From a virus, in IMG/VR virus record IMGVR_UViG_3300042891_000377, positions 40,172 to 104,171 of that record: a stretch of DNA of 64,000 nucleotides; one strand, given 5' to 3'. The notes under the pieces are model-generated. The model was not told the origin of the DNA. It did not search any database and worked only from the letters and a program-made list of their open reading frames with translations. Positions 36,810 to 47,044 of the stretch are shown piece by piece (the first letter of the stretch is position 1; the number at the start of each line of letters is the position of its first letter). Made by a program: the position numbers and the translations under genes.

Positions 36810-38109
36810 CTCTAACGTATTCTGTAATACACCTTGGTATGAGGCTCACATCTATTGGGATGGCAGCTTTGGTACCTGTTGTCAAGAGAGTAGGAAATTA
36901 TACGCAGAATCTGAAACACAATACAACATTAAAACAATGTCTTTAGCAGAATGGTTTAATAGCAGACCTGCTAGAGAATTTCGTATGGATATGTTTAGCA
37001 ACGAAGGCACTGTTACGTGTAGTCAATGTTATAACGAGCAAGGGGTAAGTGGTACAAGTCGTAGACATCGCAGTAATCAAAAAAGTGTAATTTTTACAAA
37101 GCAGGCATTTGGTGAAAGTTTCAAACAAAGTCCAGGTTATAAACAGTTCATGTTTAGTAAAGGTATGGATGGTATGACTAACACTATGCCAATTGATCTA
37201 CATATTGATTTAGGTAACTATTGCAACTTAGCTTGTAAGATGTGCTGGTCTGGTGCAAGCAGTAAAATTGCAACTCAATATGTCAAGTGGGGGAATGAAG
37301 AACATAAACAATATCTTGGTAGTGATTGGACTAAAGATACAGAAACGTGGAATAGATTCTTAAATGAATTACTAACCATTCCTAAACTAAAAAATATACA
37401 TTTAATGGGCGGTGAAACTTTACTAACAGGTCAATTTGAAGAATTAATTGACTTTATGACTGCACATAATAGATTTGATGTATGCTTTAGTTTTGTCACT
37501 AACGGAACAAAGTTTAATGAATCACTAATTAACAAACTAAAAAAATTTGCACGAGTAGGCATCGAAGTAAGTATAGAAACTGTAACTGCGCATAATGATT
37601 ATGTTAGGCAAGGTACTAATACAGCAATAGTATTAGAAAATATACAAAAATATATACAGCACTGTACTGATACGTCAGTGTCGGTCACTATACGTCCTGC
37701 TATAAGCGCATTAACAGTTGGTTATTATTATACGTTATTAGAATATTGTTTAGAACATAAGTTGATGATTAAAAGTTTGCTCGTAACAACTCCAAAATAT
37801 TTAGACATTAAGGTGTTGCCGTATGCAATTAAACAAAACTATCTGCAACACTATACAACTATAGTAGATCAGCTAGCGGACATTGATATTGATATTGATT
37901 TTAACGAGAGTGATGCAGGTAATTATAAAAAATCTATTAAACAACAGGCTATGCAAATGATCAATATACTTACACCTGTATTGATAGATAACGAAGATGG
38001 CTTACCAGAATTAGTTACTATGTGCAAAAAATGGGATACTGAATATAAATTCGATGCAATTACATTATATCCAGAATTAACCAAGGTGTTTGATCAGTAT
38101 GGATACTAA
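36802..38109 (+). CDS. Radical SAM protein with N-terminal SPASM/twitch-like domain
   Basis: CNTPW..GTCC..CSQC; CNLACKMC; MGGE; TNGT. Confidence 0.85.
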   Translation: MANSNVFCNTPWYEAHIYWDGSFGTCCQESRKLYAESETQYNIKTMSLAEWFNSRPAREFRMDMFSNEGTVTCSQCYNEQGVSGTSRRHRSNQKSVIFTKQAFGESFKQSPGYKQFMFSKGMDGMTNTMPIDLHIDLGNYCNLACKMCWSGASSKIATQYVKWGNEEHKQYLGSDWTKDTETWNRFLNELLTIPKLKNIHLMGGETLLTGQFEELIDFMTAHNRFDVCFSFVTNGTKFNESLINKLKKFARVGIEVSIETVTAHNDYVRQGTNTAIVLENIQKYIQHCTDTSVSVTIRPAISALTVGYYYTLLEYCLEHKLMIKSLLVTTPKYLDIKVLPYAIKQNYLQHYTTIVDQLADIDIDIDFNESDAGNYKKSIKQQAMQMINILTPVLIDNEDGLPELVTMCKKWDTEYKFDAITLYPELTKVFDQYGY

Positions 38110-38566
38110 CCAAACCTACCAAGTTGACCTTTCGATACTACTCAAACCTCGTTGGGTCAATACGCCGCCGACTATTAGAATTGGCTTAAATGATACATTA
38201 GAAAATATCACATTAGATAAAGATACTTGGTTTGATTATAGCTACATGTCTGCATCTACTACAAATAAATTACAAATTGAATACTATGGTAAAACTAATG
38301 CAGATACTGATATAGATAATAACAAAGATACCGCGGTCATAATTGATCAAATAAAGATCAATGGTATATCTAGTCCCAAATTTGCATGGGCGGGCGTATA
38401 TACTCCTACCTATCCATTACATTATATCAACGACAATCCTACTGCAGCAAGTACTTTGTCTCCATTCACTTATATGGGATGGAATGGAATTTGGACATTG
38501 GAATTTACAATACCTGTATTTACATGGATACATAACGTTGAAGGTTTAGGTTGGATTTACGACTAG
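38090..38566 (+). CDS. Hypothetical protein
   Basis: Coupled ORF; MGWNGIWTLEFTIPVFTWIH resembles the N-terminal domain of 35739. Confidence 0.6.
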   Translation: MISMDTNQTYQVDLSILLKPRWVNTPPTIRIGLNDTLENITLDKDTWFDYSYMSASTTNKLQIEYYGKTNADTDIDNNKDTAVIIDQIKINGISSPKFAWAGVYTPTYPLHYINDNPTAASTLSPFTYMGWNGIWTLEFTIPVFTWIHNVEGLGWIYD

Positions 38567-38579
38567 TTGCAAATTTTGG

Positions 38580-38608
38580 TTGACTTTTTGGTAAATCGAC
38601 TGTATAAT
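38580..38608 (+). promoter_or_regulatory. Phage early sigma70-type promoter
   Basis: TTGACT-17-TATAAT. Confidence 0.8.
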
Positions 38609-38645
38609 GTATTTTGTAAGTTAATTAAACAACAGGAGAATTAAA

Positions 38646-38843
38646 ATGCGATTCGAAGTTAGTTACAAAACTTTAGCACGTGGACTTAGTGAAAGTGGTG
38701 GTGTTATCCACGGTACCGATGGTCCAAGTAATTATGTTGTTGTAGTAGAGGCGGCAAACCAGAACTATGCAGAAAATCAAGTACGCAATATGAATGGTGG
38801 TGCTGATCGTTGTATCATTCAATATGCACGTCATATTGGTTAA
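38646..38843 (+). CDS. Hypothetical phage protein
   Basis: AGGAG RBS. Confidence 0.7.
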   Translation: MRFEVSYKTLARGLSESGGVIHGTDGPSNYVVVVEAANQNYAENQVRNMNGGADRCIIQYARHIG

Positions 38844-38856
38844 GGAGAAATAAATT

Positions 38857-39054
38857 ATGGCAAGCAAAGAATCAAATCGTACTATTGTAACAGGTGTTGA
38901 TAATTTCACAGTCAACATCATGGACAATGGTTTTACGGTAGAGTACACTGGTAATAACAGTGACAATGATTGGATCACTTCGAAAACAATCGTAGGTGAT
39001 GTTGATAAACTATGTGAAATCATTCGTGGAATTGTTGTTATTCCACGTTCTTAG
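38857..39054 (+). CDS. Hypothetical phage protein
   Basis: AAGGAG RBS. Confidence 0.7.
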   Translation: MASKESNRTIVTGVDNFTVNIMDNGFTVEYTGNNSDNDWITSKTIVGDVDKLCEIIRGIVVIPRS

Positions 39055-39062
39055 GAGATATT

Positions 39063-39371
39063 ATGTCTTTATTTAAAGTAGCAGGTGTTAGTACACTAAA
39101 TGGCCTTACTAAAGTACGTTTTGCTAATGACTTTGTTAGTCGTGTTAAGATGTTGATTAAATCAGGTCATACTGACATTGAATTAATTGAACTAGCAGAA
39201 CCATTATCCAAACCAGAAATAGTTGCGTATCTTAAAACCACTGACTTAATGCAGACAGCTCGTTATGCAGAAGCAATTAATTTGTCGGATGAAAAGTATA
39301 ACACTGTCAAATTTGTTAAACCTGCAATTAGTTTAGAAGCAATTAAAGCACGGGTAGGCATTGTTGCGTAG
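39063..39371 (+). CDS. Hypothetical phage protein
   Basis: AGGAG RBS; FKVAGVS..KVRFAND. Confidence 0.7.
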   Translation: MSLFKVAGVSTLNGLTKVRFANDFVSRVKMLIKSGHTDIELIELAEPLSKPEIVAYLKTTDLMQTARYAEAINLSDEKYNTVKFVKPAISLEAIKARVGIVA

Positions 39372-39375
39372 TAAG

Positions 39376-39402
39376 AAAAAGCCCGTGTAATGCGGGCTTT
39401 TT
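39376..39402 (+). terminator. Intrinsic terminator
   Basis: AAAAAGCCCGT-gtaat-GCGGGCTTTTT. Confidence 0.75.
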
Positions 39403-39528
39403 AATATGCAACAGTTATATAGTTATAACATCATAGTATAATCCTGTTACAAAATATTTACACCTTAAAGGTTAAATACTGATAACGGCGCCCTGTTATA
39501 TTTCCGCCGCTTATCGGAGGAATACAGA

Positions 39529-39939
39529 ATGCGTAAAATACTATTGTTGTTAACAGCATCTTTGATTCAAACTGCGGTTGCTGCTGATTTACCCAAGGAA
39601 ATGTACATGCCCAATGATGCTGGTGGGTTTGTTGTATTAACAGTAGAAGCATGTAGATTCAAACAAGTGGCAAAGGACTATCCGTATCGAGCGTATGCTG
39701 TCAATCACGAAGGCTGTTGGGATAGTCCAGATACATCAGATGTTCCTACACAAATAATGTCAAAGTCGGAAGGCGCACCAGAGGCCCCAACCATCCGAGT
39801 TATATCAATGGTTAACACTTGGTGGGAAGAAGGCGGCAAAGCAACGTTCATGCAACGAAATTTTAGTCCAGAAAAGAAACGATATTTAAGTAATGGTACA
39901 ATTGAAATGACATTAAAGCCAATTGTAGTAAAACCGTAG
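39529..39939 (+). CDS. Secreted hypothetical protein
   Basis: Signal peptide; GGAGG RBS; TAAATA at 39473. Confidence 0.65.
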   Translation: MRKILLLLTASLIQTAVAADLPKEMYMPNDAGGFVVLTVEACRFKQVAKDYPYRAYAVNHEGCWDSPDTSDVPTQIMSKSEGAPEAPTIRVISMVNTWWEEGGKATFMQRNFSPEKKRYLSNGTIEMTLKPIVVKP

Positions 39940-39947
39940 GAAGTAAC

Positions 39948-40079
39948 ATGAAAACACGTAAACTAGTAAGGAAAATGTATAGAGCCTGTGTACGACACAA
40001 TGTAATAAAACAAAAGAAATTGTGGCTAAAATTGATTAAAAAGTCATTAAAACATAAACATACTGAAACTATGCAATAA
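39948..40079 (+). CDS. Small basic protein, 43 aa (not in ORF track)
   Basis: MKTRKLVRKMYRACVRHNVIKQKKLWLKLIKKSLKHKHTETMQ; AGGA RBS. Confidence 0.5.
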   Translation: MKTRKLVRKMYRACVRHNVIKQKKLWLKLIKKSLKHKHTETMQ

Positions 40080-40198
40080 ATAGTTGATATATGCTATCTA
40101 GTATATGCTGGATAGCATATACTGAGGTATGTTAGTTAACACACGATTTTCGGCCTCGTCCGTGTATAATTAATAGTATACACAGAGGAGAAGTTAAA

Positions 40199-40441
40199 AT
40201 GAAAGTAAGCGTTTTATTAACAGCAGTATTATTAGCAGTTGCAAGCATTGCATCAGCTGAAGAAGTTAAACAGAACACTAACACTCAACATCAACTATCA
40301 AAACGTCCTTATGCAGCGCCTGCTGTAGATAAGGAAACATTTGATGGCGCGGTTGTTGATAAAAAAGAAGTAGAGAAACCTACACATTTAAATTTACACA
40401 TGTTGGGTAAGCGTCCGTTTATGGAAAAAGCGACTGACTAA
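40199..40441 (+). CDS. Small secreted protein with duplicated H-x-L-[SG]-KRP-[YF] motif
   Basis: GAGGAG RBS, signal peptide, HQLSKRPY and HMLGKRPF. Confidence 0.75.
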   Translation: MKVSVLLTAVLLAVASIASAEEVKQNTNTQHQLSKRPYAAPAVDKETFDGAVVDKKEVEKPTHLNLHMLGKRPFMEKATD

Positions 40442-40447
40442 AGAAAT

Positions 40448-40797
40448 TGTTGTAGCCGTAAGGCAAAGTTGTAAAGTAAGGCATGTTGGACGGCGGTTCG
40501 ATTCCGCCCAGGTCCACCAAAAGTATATTGTCACTAAGGTCCCGTAAGGATTATGTCTTTGGCGAGATAGTATGCTTCTGATGGGCCTGACCAGGTTTCG
40601 ACAGCGTGAGATAGGATAACAACTCAACACGTGGGGTCACGTAAAATACAAATCTTGTAAATGCAAAAACATCTACAACTGGTGCTGTAAAAGTATCTAT
40701 GGGTCGTGGCTTCCGCTTCGGTTCTGCTACTCGTACAGCAACGTTTGCCTAAGAAACAAACACCACGGGGTAACTATACCTTGTAATCAAAAATAGT
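40448..40797 (+). ncRNA. ssrA: Circularly permuted (two-piece) tmRNA gene; outer ends approximate
   Basis: Acceptor piece GAC-GGCGG-TTCGATT-CCGCC-CAGGTCC-ACCA ends 40519; hairpin intervening segment 40520-40582; coding piece starts GGGCCTG at 40583 and pairs with CAGGTCC including G3:U70; tag frame 40663-40752. Confidence 0.9.
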
Positions 40798-40798
40798 A

Positions 40799-40827
40799 GA
40801 AAGCTCACTTCGGTGGGCTTTCTTTTT
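40799..40827 (+). terminator. Intrinsic terminator after tmRNA
   Basis: GAAAGCTCAC-ttcg-GTGGGCTTTCTTTTT. Confidence 0.8.
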
Positions 40828-40829
40828 GC

Positions 40830-40858
40830 TTGACATTTTGATTAACTGAGTATATAAT
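40830..40858 (+). promoter_or_regulatory. Sigma70-type promoter
   Basis: TTGACA-17-TATAAT. Confidence 0.8.
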
Positions 40859-40892
40859 AGCATTTGTAAGTTAATAATCAATAAGGAAAAAT

Positions 40893-42101
40893 ATGAGCTA
40901 TCCAGACAAAGATCCTAAAGATATTTATGGACAAGACCTTATTAAGGTATTTGGACCGCAGGCACAGCGTAGACATATCAGTACGTTGACTGCACAAGAA
41001 AAGCAAGCTATCTTGGACAAAGTACCCGACTATGTTGAGACAGACGATTTAGGTAATAGACCTAGCTTTTTTCAAATTACCAATAAGATACTTTGGGTGC
41101 TACAACAAACACAGGCTTTAAATGGTATTGATTTAGATTGGTGCCCAACATTAGCTAACCGTGCAATGAAACGCCACCCGGATCATTATTTTCCTGTAAA
41201 TAAAGCATATAAAAATAATTCAGTACAGCGTGGTATATGGTTACGTCACTTACTAGGCGATATTTTATTTCAATTTGACCCAAATCATGTGCTTATGGGT
41301 TTAGCACGTAAACTAAGCGATGGCACAGCTAACTTAAATAACGGGCAACATCGTACAGTAGGTTGTATTATTATAGGTATTAGAGAAGTGCCCATTGAAT
41401 GGCAAGAAAGTGATTTAGAAAGTGTTGACGTAGACTTGTATGCGACTGATAACCTACACACCCTTTCAGCTAGTCCGTTTGATGAGTTCCGTATCCAAGT
41501 GCGCCGTAATCAAGTGCGTAAAGCAGAAGGTCGTACAGACCTTATTGCAGATGATATTAAATGTGAACATATCTTTGATATTCATGCACGATATGGCAGT
41601 CGTTTTGTAGAAAAAGGCCAGGAAGAAACATTAGCACGTGAATGTACAGGTGTTGGTAACATGATCAAATACTATGACACATATGGTGCTGATATCTACG
41701 AACGTGCTGTTAGTATCTGTTGCAGTGTGTTTTCTAAGGCTACACTAGCAACTGGTAATGCTTGGGGCTTAATGGAGTTTTTACGCGAGCAAACCAATAA
41801 TGGCAGTTGGGAAAATCCCGCCGAGTTAGATTGGGCTGTTCAACAATCGCTACTATACAAATATAGCGATCCTAAGAAAAGTGGAATGCATTTAGATATT
41901 AAAAAAGCGTTTGTTGATTTCCTAGATAACTCTAGTAAGGCAAACTTGTATATGGATTGTCCAGAGCCTCGTAGAATTGCTGGCGGAATTCTTAAGTTAT
42001 GCCAAACATCTAACCCAGAATTAACATGGGCACCAGTTAACTATCAAGGTCGAGATGTATTAGATGCACTCAAGTCATTCTTTGTAATGCCTAAGGCCTA
42101 A
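40893..42101 (+). CDS. Hypothetical protein with ParB/Srx-like (DGQHR-type) motif
   Basis: VQR...LNNGQHRT. Confidence 0.55.
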   Translation: MSYPDKDPKDIYGQDLIKVFGPQAQRRHISTLTAQEKQAILDKVPDYVETDDLGNRPSFFQITNKILWVLQQTQALNGIDLDWCPTLANRAMKRHPDHYFPVNKAYKNNSVQRGIWLRHLLGDILFQFDPNHVLMGLARKLSDGTANLNNGQHRTVGCIIIGIREVPIEWQESDLESVDVDLYATDNLHTLSASPFDEFRIQVRRNQVRKAEGRTDLIADDIKCEHIFDIHARYGSRFVEKGQEETLARECTGVGNMIKYYDTYGADIYERAVSICCSVFSKATLATGNAWGLMEFLREQTNNGSWENPAELDWAVQQSLLYKYSDPKKSGMHLDIKKAFVDFLDNSSKANLYMDCPEPRRIAGGILKLCQTSNPELTWAPVNYQGRDVLDALKSFFVMPKA

Positions 42102-42102
42102 A

Positions 42103-42621
42103 ATGGTGCATACTGAAATTAATCAGCAGATACAGGATAGACGCCTACATTCTGGCAATGACGACGATACCTATTATAATGAATCCTTATATGGTTATGC
42201 CTGCGAAAACTTTACAGATCCGTATGTACTATTCAAATTGGCTATCTACGGATATTATATGAAACGGTATAAATGGACTAAAGTTGAAGCAGATTGGTTT
42301 ATTGATACCCAAAAGGAAAATTCAGTAAGTTGGACCGACGGTGTTCAAACATACTATTATGATTGGGGTAAAGGTAAAAATAAAGTAACAGATGATTATC
42401 TACACTATCCTAACCTAGATCATATTATTCCAGCTAGTATTGGGGAGAAACCAGATAACAGCCCGCAAAATTTCCGTATCCGTTGCCGTAGATTAAATGA
42501 AAATAGAGGCAATACCAACACAGATAAAGAACGTCGTGCTACTATAATCGATATGTATCTCGATATGGGTATAGAAGAACGTCGATCATTATTAAATTAT
42601 CTATCAAATCTCTTGACATAA
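42103..42621 (+). CDS. HNH-endonuclease-like protein
   Basis: NLDHIIPAS...NSPQNFRIRCRRLNENRG. Confidence 0.6.
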   Translation: MVHTEINQQIQDRRLHSGNDDDTYYNESLYGYACENFTDPYVLFKLAIYGYYMKRYKWTKVEADWFIDTQKENSVSWTDGVQTYYYDWGKGKNKVTDDYLHYPNLDHIIPASIGEKPDNSPQNFRIRCRRLNENRGNTNTDKERRATIIDMYLDMGIEERRSLLNYLSNLLT

Positions 42622-42641
42622 ATATTTTTCTGTAATACACT
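42613..42641 (+). promoter_or_regulatory. Sigma70-like promoter for groES-groEL
   Basis: TTGACA-17-TACACT with internal TAAATA. Confidence 0.55.
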
Positions 42642-42704
42642 ATGTATTTCGTGCCTAACCTAGGGCGTGTACATATTTTTATTTGCTTAATAAAGGAGTA
42701 ACAA

Positions 42705-44613
<1,909 letters not shown>

Positions 44614-44637
44614 TTAACTATAAGTTAATTGTTCCTA

Positions 44638-44668
44638 AAAATAGCACCTCCGGGTGCTATTTTTTTTT
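44638..44668 (+). terminator. Intrinsic terminator; late promoter TAAATA follows at 44677
   Basis: AATAGCACC-tccg-GGTGCTATTTTTTTTT. Confidence 0.85.
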
Positions 44669-44716
44669 GCCTGGAATAAATACTGTATAATTCATTAAAT
44701 GGGGAATATAGGAACC

Positions 44717-45994
44717 ATGGCAAATAGTAATTTCGTAGTACACAACGGGCTCACAGTTGGGCCGACAACAATCGATGCAACAAGCGGTAACGTTTCAATT
44801 CCGGTAGGAAAGATGATTACCATTGGTAACATTATTTTACGTGATAACGGTGATGGACAATTAGCTGTACGTGACATCACAGACAACAGCGATGCAATCA
44901 TCAATGCTACTTTAGATTCTGGATCACAGACATTAGGTAATATTCAAATTGGTAATAACCATATTGAATCAATTAACGCCAACGGACAACTTAGTCTTCG
45001 TCCAAACGGTACCGGTAATATTGCGCTTAGTTCAAATACCATTGATGTTGGGCGAGGCGGAGTCACAACTATTTCAACAGGCGGTACCTTCACAGGCGCT
45101 AATTTAACATTAGCACCGGGCGGAGCAGGATTTGTTGTTGTTACTGGTAATTTACAAGTTAGTGGTAATTTTGTTGTTAATGGTACTACAACAAATATTA
45201 ACTCAACGAATTTAGTTATTGAGGATAAAAATATTGTCCTTGCTGACGTTGCTGCACCTGATAATACTACTGCGGATGGTGGTGGTATTACACTTAAAGG
45301 TGCTACAGATAAAACTCTTAATTGGGTTAATGCAACTGCTGCATGGACATCATCTGAAGACTTTGCCTTGGCATCTGGTAAAGTTTATAAGATTAATGGT
45401 ACCTCAGTATTAAGCTCAACTACACTAGGATCTGGCGTAACAGGTTCTAGTTTAACTTCAGTTGGTACGTTGACTGCACTTACAGTTAGCGGTGCAATCA
45501 CAGTTAACAGCGGTAATGGTGTTACAGCCTTAATTAACGGTGGTACTAACGGAGTAGGTAATATTGGTTCATCAACTACAGGGTTTAACACAGTATTTGC
45601 TAAATCGACATCAGCACAATATGCTGACTTGGCAGAAAACTATCAAGCAGATGCAGCGTATACACCGGGCACAGTGGTACACTTTGGTGGTGAGTTCGAA
45701 GTTACAGCATGTGATACGGATATGTGTACTCGTGTGGCAGGTGTTGTATCTACTGCTCCGGCACACTTAATGAACACTGGTTTAGCGGGTGACAACGTAG
45801 TAGCACTAGCATTAACGGGTCGTGTTCCATGTCTAGTACAAGGCAATGTACGTAAAGGTGACATGATGGTAAGTGCAGGCAATGGCCGAGCAAGAGCAGA
45901 AGCTAATCCAAGTGTCGGATCAGTAATTGGTAAAGCAATAGAAAACTTTGATGGTCTAGAAGGCGTTATTGAAGTAGTGGTAGGCATTAGGTAA
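44717..45994 (+). CDS. Tail fibre/virion structural protein
   Basis: G/T/N-rich beta repeats; SLTSVGTLT; C-terminal AQYADLAE...ALTGRVPC module. Confidence 0.7.
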   Translation: MANSNFVVHNGLTVGPTTIDATSGNVSIPVGKMITIGNIILRDNGDGQLAVRDITDNSDAIINATLDSGSQTLGNIQIGNNHIESINANGQLSLRPNGTGNIALSSNTIDVGRGGVTTISTGGTFTGANLTLAPGGAGFVVVTGNLQVSGNFVVNGTTTNINSTNLVIEDKNIVLADVAAPDNTTADGGGITLKGATDKTLNWVNATAAWTSSEDFALASGKVYKINGTSVLSSTTLGSGVTGSSLTSVGTLTALTVSGAITVNSGNGVTALINGGTNGVGNIGSSTTGFNTVFAKSTSAQYADLAENYQADAAYTPGTVVHFGGEFEVTACDTDMCTRVAGVVSTAPAHLMNTGLAGDNVVALALTGRVPCLVQGNVRKGDMMVSAGNGRARAEANPSVGSVIGKAIENFDGLEGVIEVVVGIR

Positions 45995-46021
45995 TTAAAC
46001 ACTAAAATAGTATTAAAATAG

Positions 46022-46055
46022 AATAGGACCTTAGGGTCCTATTTTCGTATAAATA
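46022..46055 (+). promoter_or_regulatory. Terminator-like hairpin followed by late promoter
   Basis: AATAGGACC-ttag-GGTCCTATT; TATAAATA 46048-46055. Confidence 0.65.
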
Positions 46056-46078
46056 CTTAGAATAATACGAGAATCTCA

Positions 46079-47044
46079 ATGGCATTAACTAGACCAACCG
46101 CAGCTCAGATTAATACAGTGATCACATCCATCAGTGATCCAATAATGGTATTAAATCAAGGTAGCACTGCAGCCAATATAGACATTGGTTTTGTAATGAA
46201 TCGTACCAATGGTACAGTGGCTAATATAGCACTATTTTGGGATGAAAGTGCTAATACTTTTGCTACAGCATTTACTACGAATTCGGGTAGAACTGATGCT
46301 AATATTACAATTAGTGAATATGCTAATATTAAAGCAGGTACAATATTTGGTAACATTGGCGGCGGAAGTACATTAAGTAATGTCTATGTTACTGGCAGTC
46401 TGTTACCTGCAGCAAATGTCACGTTTGATCTAGGCAGCCCAACCCAACGTTGGCGTGAGGGGTGGTTTAGCGGTAGTACAATCCACATCGGTAGTGAATC
46501 TATCAGTGTAGACACCAATGGTAAATGGATGTTTACCAGTGATGGAACCACTGTAGAGTTAGGTAAAAATAATGATTTCAATCCGCCCAATGCAAACGTT
46601 TCTGGTGCAGTTACCGCAGGTAGTATTAATGTCACTGGGTTTGTGTCACAGGGAACAGGAACGTATGTAACACGTCAATATGTCCTACACGGCACAACAA
46701 CTAATGCTACAGAAACAGAGATACTAACAGTAGGTGCAGGTACAAGAATGCCTGTAAATACAAATACCACGGTACTGTATGATATACATATCGTAGCAAG
46801 AAGAACTGATGCCACCGGTGAATCTGCCGCATGGGAATTAGAAGGCTGTGCGGATAATTTTTCAGGTACAGTAGCTGACGTTGGCGATGTGTACGAAATT
46901 GTTGTAGCACAAGATGATGTAACATGGGATGTTGATGCTAGAGCAGACGACACAAATAATAGTATAAACTTGTATGTTACAGGTGCAGCAAATAAAACAA
47001 TCCGCTGGACCGCAGTGGTTAAAACAATTGAGGTAGCAGAATAA
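46079..47044 (+). CDS. Tail fibre/virion structural protein
   Basis: LLPAANVTFDLGSPTQRWR fibre repeat; late promoter. Confidence 0.65.
   Translation: MALTRPTAAQINTVITSISDPIMVLNQGSTAANIDIGFVMNRTNGTVANIALFWDESANTFATAFTTNSGRTDANITISEYANIKAGTIFGNIGGGSTLSNVYVTGSLLPAANVTFDLGSPTQRWREGWFSGSTIHIGSESISVDTNGKWMFTSDGTTVELGKNNDFNPPNANVSGAVTAGSINVTGFVSQGTGTYVTRQYVLHGTTTNATETEILTVGAGTRMPVNTNTTVLYDIHIVARRTDATGESAAWELEGCADNFSGTVADVGDVYEIVVAQDDVTWDVDARADDTNNSINLYVTGAANKTIRWTAVVKTIEVAE

Noticed and set aside
36802-38109. PqqE
   Set aside because: Extra Cys cluster is N-terminal, no PqqD partner, and it lies more than 20 kb from pqqA.
40489-40519. Ordinary tRNA or integration-site tRNA fragment
   Set aside because: No anticodon arm upstream; the complementary acceptor strand lies downstream at 40583 and is followed by a tag frame, as in permuted tmRNA.
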